Shown here in pieces: positions 19,244 through 26,967 of a DNA stretch of 64,000 bases. Within the stretch, counting starts at the first letter, position 1; each line of letters starts with the position of its first letter. Position numbers and translations under genes: made by a program. The notes under the pieces are model-generated. The model saw only the letters and a list, made by a program, of their open reading frames with translations. It ran no database searches and was not told the origin of the DNA. Source of the stretch: Desulfobacteraceae bacterium UBA2174 (GTDB lineage: Bacteria; Desulfobacterota; Desulfobacteria; Desulfobacterales; UBA2174); the NCBI GenBank assembly GCA_002327445.1, contig DCWA01000011.1, forward strand, positions 13,945 through 77,944, read 5' to 3'.

Positions 19244-20204
19244 GGGTCACCGCCCAGCAGGCCACCCGGTGGTCGGGGGCCACGGCGACCAGCGGCGGCA
19301 CTTCGGTGCGGCAGACATCCATCACCCGGGGGCAGCGCGGCGCGAAATGGCATCCCGGCGGCAAATTTCCCAAGCCGGGAACCACGCCCTGGATTTCGGT
19401 CAAGGCCTCGGTTTCGAAGGTAGCGTCCGCCCTCGGAATGGCCCCCATCAGTCCCAGGGTGTAGGGATGCAAGGGGTTGTCGAAGAGCGTGACAGTGGAG
19501 GCTTCCTCCATGATGCGGCCGGTATACATCACCGCCACCCGCTGGGTCATCTCCGCCACCACGCCCAGATCGTGGGTGATCAGCATGATGGCCGTGCCCA
19601 TGTCCTCCTTGAGGGCGATCATCAGCTCCAGGATCTGGGCCTGGATGCTCACATCCAGGGCCGTGGTGGGCTCGTCGGCCAGCAGCAGGTCCGGGTTGCA
19701 GGCCAGGGCCATGGCGATCATCACCCGCTGGCGCATGCCACCGGAGAGCTGGTAAGGGTATTCCTTCACACGCCGCTCCGGGGCCGGGACGCCCACTTTG
19801 GCCAACATTTCCACCGATTCCCGCAGGGCCTCGGCCCGCCCGAGGTTGCGGTGGACGCGAAAAACCTCCATGAGCTGGTTGCCGACGGTAAAGACGGGGT
19901 TGAGGGCCGTCATGGGCTCCTGAAAGATCATGCCGATGGCGTTGCCCCTCAGCCGCCGCCAGGCATCGCCGGGAAGCTTCAGCAGGTCTTGATCCCTGAA
20001 CAGGATTTTGCCTCCGGCCACGAAGGCCGGCGGCTGGGGCAGGAGACCGAGAACAGAAAGGGCCAGCACCGACTTGCCGCAGCCGGATTCGCCCACCACC
20101 CCCAGGACCTCTCCCTCGTCAAGGGACAGGCTGACGCCGTCCACCGCGTGGATGGTCCCCCGGGGGGTGTGGAATCCGATGACCAGGTCGGTGATTGAAA
20201 GCAC
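19236..20204 (-). CDS. ABC ATP-binding protein (OppD-like), operon 2
   Basis: 322 aa, GTG start at 20204. Walker [10 protein letters not shown], signature [15 protein letters not shown], Walker [13 protein letters not shown]. Confidence 0.9.
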   Translation of the reverse strand: MLSITDLVIGFHTPRGTIHAVDGVSLSLDEGEVLGVVGESGCGKSVLALSVLGLLPQPPAFVAGGKILFRDQDLLKLPGDAWRRLRGNAIGMIFQEPMTALNPVFTVGNQLMEVFRVHRNLGRAEALRESVEMLAKVGVPAPERRVKEYPYQLSGGMRQRVMIAMALACNPDLLLADEPTTALDVSIQAQILELMIALKEDMGTAIMLITHDLGVVAEMTQRVAVMYTGRIMEEASTVTLFDNPLHPYTLGLMGAIPRADATFETEALTEIQGVVPGLGNLPPGCHFAPRCPRVMDVCRTEVPPLVAVAPDHRVACWAVTHG

Positions 20205-20384
20205 GGGAAGGCGACGCTCCGGAAATGAAATGAATGATGTTCATTAATTCTAATCGAATTACTTTTCGTATGGCAGAGAAAAATATGCCTGTCAAGAATA
20301 TCCTCCTTCCGGAATCTCGCCTGAAAGCGCCCCGATTTTTCAAATCGCTTGACCCCTCGGGCGGTCCGGTCTAACAGAGCCGGG

Positions 20385-21706
20385 ATGGAACCCCTCCCGA
20401 AAAGGCACAAATCGCCCGCTGCGCGACACCTGCCGCCCCTGCGCACCGCCTGGTGGGTTTGGGGCATGGCGGCACCGCTTTACCTGATCGGGTTCTTTTA
20501 CCGGGTGGCCCCCGCGGTGATGACCGCCGAAATGATGCGCACGTTTTCCATCGGCGCGGCGGCGCTGGGGAACCTGTCGGCCTTCTATTTTTACAGCTAT
20601 GTGTTGATGCAGATCCCCACCGGGGTCCTGGCCGATCGGTGGGGGCCGCGCCGGCTGCTCACCACCGGGGCGCTGGTGGCCGGGGCGGGAGGGGCGCTCT
20701 TCGCTTTGGCCCCCTCGTTGGGTTGGGCCTATCTGGGGCGTTTTCTCATCGGTGCCTCGGTGGCCGTGGCTTGGATCGGGTTGCTGAAGGTGGCCTCCGA
20801 CTGGTTTCCGCCGCGGCTGTTTGCCATGGTGACCGGGGTGGGGCTGCTCGGTGGAATTCTGGGGGCCGTGGGGGCGGGACCGCCGCTGCGCCTGCTCATC
20901 GACCACGTTCACTGGCGCATCGTGATGCTGGCGGCGGCCGGCGTCACCCTGGCGGTGGGCGCCGCGGTCTGGATGGTGGTACGCGATACCCCCGCGCAAA
21001 AGGGGTTTGTCAACTATTCGCACAGCGGTCCGGCCAAGACCCATCGGCCGGTGCGGGAAGGCTTGGCGGAGGTGTTGCGTTTTCGCAACGCCTGGCTGCT
21101 CTTCGTGATTCCCGGAGGCTTGGTCGGCGCCATCCTTACCTTCGCCGGACTCTGGGGAGTGCCGTTTCTCACTTCTCAATACGGGATGTCCACCGCCCGG
21201 GCATCGGTGTTGACATCGGTCCAATTGGTGGCCTGGGCCCTGGCCAGCCCCCTGTTCGGATGGTTTTCCGACCGCCTGGGGCGGCGCAAACCGCTTTACC
21301 TGGCCGGCCTGGTCACCGATTTGGCCGCCTGGGGGGCACACTGGTCTATCTTCCCGGTCTGCCACTGGCGGCGGTGGTGGGGCTTCTGGTGGTGACCGGC
21401 TGCGCATCCGGAGCCATGATCGTCAGTTTTGCCTTCGCCAAGGAATCGGTCCCGGCGGACCTGGCCGGCACGGTTTCGGGCCTGGTGAACATGGGAGTGA
21501 TGCTCGGCCCCATGCTGTTGCAGCCCCTGGTGGGCTGGGTTCTGGATACCTGTTGGACCGGCACCCTGGTGGACGGGGTGCGCCGATACGATGCCGCCGC
21601 CTACCGGGCGGGCTTTTCATTGATGATCGCCTGGCTGGCCCTGTCTTTGCTCCTGATTCTGTTCACCCGCGAAACCCGCTGCCGCCAATATCCGGCCACG
21701 CCTTGA
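20385..21706 (+). pseudogene. MFS transporter with an apparent -1 frameshift at a G6 run
   Basis: Frame 3 (track ORF 20349..21395; ATG at 20385) reads MEPLPKRH...FYFYSYVLMQIPTGVLADRWGPRRLL...FSDRLGRRKPLYLAGLVTDLAAWG. The protein continues in frame 2 (track ORF 20453..21706) as GTLVYLPGLPLAAVVGLLVVTGCASGAMIVSFAFAKE.... The break is at GGGGGG 21331-21336, and one extra G restores a 12-TM MFS. Confidence 0.8.
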
Positions 21707-22045
21707 CAGCCGAAACGATCTTCCGTTCCGGTCGCCGCCGCATATTAAATGAATGGAATTTGGTTTTTCTTGACGCTTCTATCCGATGAATTGTAATATT
21801 CACTACACTATCGTTTTGTCGTCTCTGAAAAAATCGTTCCTCAGAGGCGCCGCGCCGGCCGGATCCTGCGCCGGCGCGGCGAATGCGGATTCAGAGCTTG
21901 CAAGAGGATGCCGTTTCCCTGGTGGGCATGCGTAAGCGTCCGGGGAACCGCATCTTCTCAAGCCCATGAAAATTTCTCACAGATGGTCTCCACAGGCCGT
22001 GAACTATTTCAGCCAAGGAGGAGACATCGTGACAAGCGTTACCGT

Positions 22046-22308
22046 CGGCCACGGTGGTGTCCGGTTTGATCAAGGAGGTGACGACTGCATTGGTAATTTC
22101 CGGATGCGCTTCCGCCGTCTCGTCCCGATGAACATGGATTCCGGATCAAGTCCGGAATGACGGAACGGGGCCGGACGAATCCGGGTTCCTTCAGCAGGCC
22201 GTCACCCCGGTCCCGGATCAAGTCCGGGATGACGGACCCGGGGTCCATTTCGAACGGCTGAAGAATTCCAGGAGTATTTCCAGGCAATTGAGCGTAGTCA
22301 CATATAAG
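22046..22308. repeat. Copy A of a ~250-bp direct repeat bounding the TetR/radical-SAM cassette (contains MITE-like cores)
   Basis: cggccacggtggtgtccggtttgatcaaggaggtgacgactgc...gagcgtagtcacata(t/c)aag is near-identical to 26075-26318, with three substitutions seen. Copy A has a 25-nt segment (tcccggatcaagtccgggatgacgg, a second MITE core) where copy B has 6 nt. Confidence 0.9.
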
Positions 22309-22314
22309 GAGGTC

Positions 22315-22343
22315 TTGACAATTTTGGCCCGATGGACTAAATT
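22315..22343 (+). promoter_or_regulatory. Candidate sigma70-type promoter of the tetR gene
   Basis: TTGACA (22315-22320), a 17-nt spacer, then TAAATT (22338-22343). It sits 34 nt upstream of the tetR ATG and starts immediately after repeat copy A ends. It is followed by the direct repeat TAGTCATATAGTCAT. Confidence 0.45.
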
Positions 22344-22376
22344 AGTCATATAGTCATTTCCAAAAGGATTCGAGCT

Positions 22377-22976
22377 ATGGGGACAAAAGAGGCGAATACC
22401 TTGCGTGAGAGCATACTCGCTGCATCGAAAGAATTGTTTGCCCGGCTTGGTTTTAAGAAGACTGCGGTGGATGAGATCGCCAAGAAGGCGCGGGTAGCAA
22501 AAGGCACGATCTACAATTATTTCCGAAGCAAGGAGGAAATTTACCGGGCTATTTTGCAGCGAGAGGGCAAGATCATGATTGTCAAAATGCGTGAGGCGAT
22601 GGGGAACCAGAAGACTTCCCAATTGAAGGTAAGGGAGATGATCATTGCCAAGATCAAATATTATAAAGATTTGAGCCTGTTATACGAGATCAACCGCCAG
22701 CGGGCGGAGGATCTCCTACCTTTTATAGAGAAAGAGCGGGCGGAGATCGCCAAACAGGAGTTGAACCTCATCAAGGAGATTCTGGAAGAAGGGGTGAACA
22801 ACTCAGCACTCCAGGCAATAAATATCCCTGCTACAGCAAAGGCAATCGCGGCGGCAATTAACGGGCTTGAATTTGGATGGACTCTGGAAATGGAGTTAGA
22901 GGGGGCAACCGCCGAGATAGACGATCTCCTTCAAATCCTTTTTCATGGCCTTGAGCTCCGTAACGCAAGGGAGTAA
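22377..22976 (+). CDS. TetR/AcrR-family transcriptional regulator
   Basis: 199 aa. The N-terminal HTH is ILAASKELFARLGFKKTAVDEIAKKARVAKGTIYNYFRSKEEIY. G+C is visibly lower than the flanks (28/60 on line 22381-22440). Confidence 0.9.
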   Translation: MGTKEANTLRESILAASKELFARLGFKKTAVDEIAKKARVAKGTIYNYFRSKEEIYRAILQREGKIMIVKMREAMGNQKTSQLKVREMIIAKIKYYKDLSLLYEINRQRAEDLLPFIEKERAEIAKQELNLIKEILEEGVNNSALQAINIPATAKAIAAAINGLEFGWTLEMELEGATAEIDDLLQILFHGLELRNARE

Positions 22977-22991
22977 TTTTTTTTTACCTGT

Positions 22992-23020
22992 AAATGACCA
23001 AACGACCAATTTGGTCATTT
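22992..23020. promoter_or_regulatory. Perfect 11-bp inverted repeat, candidate TetR operator
   Basis: AAATGACCAAA-cgaccaa-TTTGGTCATTT lies between the tetR stop (22976) and the ATG of the fusion gene (23049). An AAAGGAG RBS follows at about 23036. Confidence 0.55.
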
Positions 23021-23048
23021 TTGGGGATAGAGGAAAAAGGAGCACTAA

Positions 23049-25436
23049 ATGTTTTATTTAAATTACTTCGTTATCTTTTCTATTATGGGGTGGATACTGG
23101 AAGCGCTTTTCCGTTCGGTGAAAAACCGTCGAATGATCAACCCTGGTTTGCTGAAAGGCTTCTACCTGCCAATTTACGGCTTCGGAGCCCTCTTTGTTTT
23201 AGGGGGTCATGTTATTTTTGATACATACAGCCTGCCGATCCGCTCCCTTTTTTATCTCATTTGTTTGTCGGTTCTCGAATTAATCACGGGAGCAGTCATA
23301 GAAAAGATTTTTCATGTACGTCTTTGGGATTATAGAGACGACCGCTTCAACATCCGAGGGCACGTTTGCCTGCTTTTTTCGATTTATTGGATGTTGCTGG
23401 CGACCGGGCTTGATGTTGCTCTCGATTTCCTTATTCCCTGGGCGTTACATGTTTATGAACGATTCGATTTCCTTATTGACGTTGTTCTTGGCTCGGTAGG
23501 GCTGGCAATGCTTATGGATTTCATCTTGGTTGCGCGCAGGAGGATAAGAGAACGCAGCGGGCTGGTGGATCAGGATACAGCCCGACGGAGATTTATTGAG
23601 ATCGCCCGGCCGCTGCTTGAACATCCGGGCGTTATCAAGTTAAAGGATTTTAACCACCATTTCGGTAAATCCCGCCTTGACCACGTCCTGGACGTTTCCT
23701 GGAAGGCGTTTCGGATATCAAAGCGCTTATCGCTCGACTCCGAAGCCGTAGTCAAAGGCGCCCTTTTACACGATCTTTTTTATTACGACTGGCTCCGGGA
23801 AGGACCGCGATGGCACGGCATCAGACACCCCCTCATTGCCCTACAAAACGCGCGGAAGATTACCCCCCTCTCCGCCAAGGAGGAAGACATCATCAGGAAA
23901 CACATGTGGCCTTTAACCGTGATTCCCCCTCGATATCCCGAGTCCTGGGTGGTGTGTTTCACGGATATCTATTGTTCGTGGCGCGACTATCTGGCACCGA
24001 TGGCGCTGTTTTGCGTGGGCAGGCGCAAGGAGTGGCTCCCGAGCGAAACGTCCCGTTTTCCTTCATATCGCGTTATAAACAATGGCTTTTTGCTCAACGT
24101 GGAAAAGGTCTCCAGCCTTCCCGGGCCGAAGCTCGCCGGCCGCTCTCTGAATATTTTGCTGATTGACGCGCAACCGCGCGCCTTACCGTTCACCAAGTTC
24201 AGAACCCTCACCCTGCCGCGATTGGCCGGAGCGACTCCGGGTAAGCACAACGTGCGGATTATCGATGGCCGGGTGGAGAAGATCGAGATCCCTTCGGGTA
24301 TGTTTGACTTGGCGGGAATCACCTTCTCGACCAATAACGTTCCAATGGCTTACGAGCTTGCCCAAAAGGCTAAGAAGACCGGCCTATTAACCGTGGCGGG
24401 AGGAACCCACGCCACCGCTGTTCCCGAAGAGGTTCTCGAACATTTCGACGCTGTTCTTATCGGCGAGGCCGAGGGCGGAGCATGGGAGAGTTTGCTGAAA
24501 GACGCAGAACTTGGTTCGTTGAAAAGAGTTTATCGTAATGCGGAGCCGCCGGATCTGCGCAATTTAGCGCCGCCTCGTCTTGACTTACTGCACGGACTTT
24601 ATCTGCCGGTCTACCCGGTGGAAGCCACCCGAGGATGTCCCAATCGTTGCTCCTACTGCTTCAATCGATATATTCATCCGACCTATCGTAAACGCCCCAT
24701 TGACGAGGTGGCAGCCGATGTGGCGCGTGCCGACAGCCGTCATATTTTCTTTATGGACGATAACCTCTGCGCTGACCGCGAGTATGCAAAGGAACTGTTC
24801 GCGGCCTTAGCCCCCTTGAAGAAAAAATTATGGATGCAAATGGAGCTGAGGTCCGCCCAAGACGAAGAACTGCTGCGCCTGGCTGCGGAGGCCGGCTGCA
24901 AGGGCGTTTTTGTCGGGTTGGAAAGCATCAATTCGGCAAGCCTGAAATCCGTCGATAAGTCCTTTAACCACGCGCAAAAATACAAGGAACAAATATCGGC
25001 TTTAACCCGGCATGGGATATTAGTCGGCGGCGGCCTGATCTTTGGGCTTAACGGCGATGGTCCTGAAGTTTTTACGCAGACTCTGGAGTTCTTCAAAAAC
25101 AGCGATATTACTTCCCTTGCGCCCAATCTTGTCATTCCATACCCGGGCACGGCCTTTCACAGACAAATTACAAATGAGGGGCGGTTATTGAATCGTGATT
25201 ATAAGCGCTACACAGGCTATAGCGTGCTCGTCCAGCCGGAGCGCATGACAGCCGATCAATTGGAAATGGAATACGACAAATTCAACCAGGAATTCTTTAG
25301 CATCAAAAACATCACCAGTCGATTTCGGCATCAGAATCTGCCCCTTCGGGTTCTGCCCTATTATCTTGTTTTTAATATGGCCTATCGTGTCCCGCGAAAA
25401 GCGAAATCACGGACTCATTGGGCGGAACTGGGGTGA
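23049..25436 (+). CDS. Tri-domain fusion: CmpB-like (PF06541-type) membrane domain + HD phosphohydrolase domain + B12-binding radical SAM domain
   Basis: 795-aa uninterrupted ORF. Residues 1-150: FSIMGWILEALF...LKGFYLPIYGFGALFVL...EKIFHVRLWDYRDDRFNIRGHVCLLFSIYW. Residues ~175-310: ...SRLDHVLDVSW...GALLHDLFYYDW...IIRKHMWPL. Residues ~360-795: ILLIDAQP...GGTHATAVPEEVLEHFDAVLIGEAEG (B12-binding-like), then EATRGCPNRCSYCFN (CxxxCxxC) and ...GVFVGLESINSASLKSV.... Confidence 0.8.
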   Translation: MFYLNYFVIFSIMGWILEALFRSVKNRRMINPGLLKGFYLPIYGFGALFVLGGHVIFDTYSLPIRSLFYLICLSVLELITGAVIEKIFHVRLWDYRDDRFNIRGHVCLLFSIYWMLLATGLDVALDFLIPWALHVYERFDFLIDVVLGSVGLAMLMDFILVARRRIRERSGLVDQDTARRRFIEIARPLLEHPGVIKLKDFNHHFGKSRLDHVLDVSWKAFRISKRLSLDSEAVVKGALLHDLFYYDWLREGPRWHGIRHPLIALQNARKITPLSAKEEDIIRKHMWPLTVIPPRYPESWVVCFTDIYCSWRDYLAPMALFCVGRRKEWLPSETSRFPSYRVINNGFLLNVEKVSSLPGPKLAGRSLNILLIDAQPRALPFTKFRTLTLPRLAGATPGKHNVRIIDGRVEKIEIPSGMFDLAGITFSTNNVPMAYELAQKAKKTGLLTVAGGTHATAVPEEVLEHFDAVLIGEAEGGAWESLLKDAELGSLKRVYRNAEPPDLRNLAPPRLDLLHGLYLPVYPVEATRGCPNRCSYCFNRYIHPTYRKRPIDEVAADVARADSRHIFFMDDNLCADREYAKELFAALAPLKKKLWMQMELRSAQDEELLRLAAEAGCKGVFVGLESINSASLKSVDKSFNHAQKYKEQISALTRHGILVGGGLIFGLNGDGPEVFTQTLEFFKNSDITSLAPNLVIPYPGTAFHRQITNEGRLLNRDYKRYTGYSVLVQPERMTADQLEMEYDKFNQEFFSIKNITSRFRHQNLPLRVLPYYLVFNMAYRVPRKAKSRTHWAELG

Positions 25437-25704
25437 ACGCGGGCTACCTGGAGCGATGAACAACTGAACCGTTGCTTTTCAATTGTTCCAGAATTTGAGA
25501 GGGAAATACATCGAAGAAGAGCACCCACATTATGCTTGGGCTTCTTGCGGCAATCGGATTGATGGCGCTGCACGGCTGTGCTTCCGTGCGCCCCAATGTC
25601 ATAAACTTAGGCTAAAACCTGCTGAATTACTTGACTTTTCAGCGTATTCTGCTATCCTGTGAACAGCTCAAAAACCCATCTTTTTTTCATCGAAAGGAGA
25701 AAAA

Positions 25705-25906
25705 ATGTCAAAAAATTCTTTGAAAAACGATAATGTTGGCACGGAGGTTGCTTTGCCAATCCTATGCCAAACTTATTGAATTTTTTAGAAATATCGTTAC
25801 CAGCCCCGAATTCTGCATCAAGCACCGCAACTCGGGAAAAGACTTCTCCAGAAACCGCAAGATTCCTTTTGTTGCCTTCCGCATTAATCCGCAGAAAAAT
25901 TCCTGA
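25705..25906 (+). pseudogene. Degenerate 5' remnant of an IS4-superfamily transposase gene
   Basis: An AAAGGAG RBS plus ATG 25705 gives MSKNSLKNDNVGTEVALP... and then a stop. Another frame continues with ...EFFRNIVTSPEFCIKHRNSGKDFSRNRKIPFVAF.... This resembles the conserved N-terminal box (F..HR....FTR.R.LPF) of IS4-like transposases. It is only ~65 codons and needs at least 2 frame changes. Confidence 0.35.
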
Positions 25907-26074
25907 TTAATTCGACCTTTGCTGGACAATTTCAGATTAAATCGGCGAGCCGCGGAAGCGGCCCGACGTGAGCTGAGTCAGTTGGCGGTTAGAACGGGAT
26001 GTTGTCTCGCATGGGGCAATGGTCTTTATAGCAGATCACCGGCGGACGCAACTTTCGATTGTCAGCGCCGCCGC

Positions 26075-26318
26075 CGGCCACGGTGGTGTCCGGTTTGATC
26101 AAGGAGGTGACGACTGCCTTGGTAATTTCCGGATGCGCTTCCGCCGTCTCGTCCCGATGAACATGGATTCCGGATCAAGTCCGGAATGACGGAATGGGGC
26201 CGGACGAATCCGGGTTCCTTCAGCAGGCCGTCACCCCGGGCAAAGACCCGGGGTCCATTTCGAACGGCTGAAGAATTCCAGGAGTATTTCCAGGCAATTG
26301 AGCGTAGTCACATACAAG
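26075..26318. repeat. Copy B of the ~250-bp direct repeat
   Basis: See 22046-22308. It contains the MITE core ggattccggatcaagtccggaatgacgg. Confidence 0.9.
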
Positions 26319-26588
26319 CCATGCCGCCGGCCGCAGGTGCGGCCTGATTGATCGTAGAAGAAGCTTTTACTTGAGCATGGGACGATTCACCTTTATGAGC
26401 ATGGCTGTTTTTTGGAACGGTAGCAGTCGAGACCCTTTTATCACTGGAGCATCTTGCCCCTATGACAAGCATGGTTCCGGGCCGCCCATGATCAATGATG
26501 AGGCAACCGCACTCACCTAAATTTTCCAGCTTCCTGTCAACTCAATCTGAAATCAACCCGCGGGTTCAAGACACTTTATTGTGGGACC

Positions 26589-26801
26589 CTACAGCGGATC
26601 GCTTGCTTGTCGGCGGTGACAGGGCAAGTCGCTCTTGATGACATAGCAGCCGTCGAGCTCGGCCACCTGCGCGATGTACGCCGTGTCCACGTTGACAGTG
26701 ATATGCCGGTCCGAGACGGTCACTGTCACCATGGAGCCCGAAACCAACCGCTCGGCCTTCTCCACGACTTTCATCCGCTTCCCCGGGAACATCCGTTCCA
26801 C
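26589..26801 (-). pseudogene. Internal fragment of an IS1634/IS4-type transposase
   Basis: The 70-aa track ORF reads ...FPGKRMKVVEKAERLVSGSMVTVTVSDRHITVNVDTAYIAQVAELDGCYVIKSDLP. The ...LDGCYV(I/L)K(S/T)DL box is characteristic of IS1634-family transposases. The downstream conserved (RYKDL...VE.AFR) part is missing. Confidence 0.4.
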
Positions 26802-26967
26802 CTCCGATCCTCGTCTTGGCCCGGCTCGAAAGGGCGGTTCTGCACGGCGAGGTGCCCGAAGATGTGCACATCGCCCTCGGGCGTCGAGGACTCTGGCATG
26901 GCCTCGATGCTTCCGGCAGGCTCGGTTGGGCGCGGCTGGCCCGGGCGGCCGGCGAGAAAGAGATATA

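Noticed and set aside
20228-20262. AT-rich inverted motif AATGAA-tgatg-TTCATT in the divergent oppD2/MFS intergenic region as a regulator binding site
   Set aside because: It has only 6-bp arms in an AT-rich stretch. It is plausible, for example for the HTH::DctP regulator, but unsupported without binding or conservation data.
21770-21885. Good sigma70-like promoter (TTGACG-17/18-TAATAT, 21770-21799) followed by two hairpins (ctctga...tcagag; 12-bp GC stem at about 21848-21881), a possible small RNA
   Set aside because: There is no T-tract terminator and no conservation evidence. The nearest plus-strand gene is 580 nt away across a repeat. It cannot be distinguished from chance without transcript data.
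21966-22160. 64-aa ORF, and a nested 43-codon ORF with an AAGGAGG-GTG start (about 22013-22160)
   Set aside because: Most of its length is encoded by the 250-bp repeat and a MITE core (...MDSGSSPE*). Copy B lacks the start region. The product is not protein-like.
22218-22622. 134-aa ORF antisense to tetR
   Set aside because: It overlaps the well-supported TetR gene on the opposite strand. Its 3' part is MITE/repeat-encoded, and it has no motifs.
25532-25615. 27-codon ORF MLGLLAAIGLMALHGCASVRPNVINLG* resembling a lipoprotein signal peptide
   Set aside because: Too short, with no RBS, in IS-debris territory. It is probably the 5' stump of a lost lipoprotein gene.
25992-26180. Minus-strand reading frame ...HRDETAEAHPEITKAVVTSLIKPDTTVAGGGADNRKLRPPVICYKDHCPMRDNIPF* that looks like a genuine protein C-terminus and spans the left edge of repeat copy B
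   Set aside because: The frame is closed upstream by a TGA inside the MITE core and has no start or RBS. It may be the stump of a disrupted gene, but I cannot assign a family or support it as a feature.
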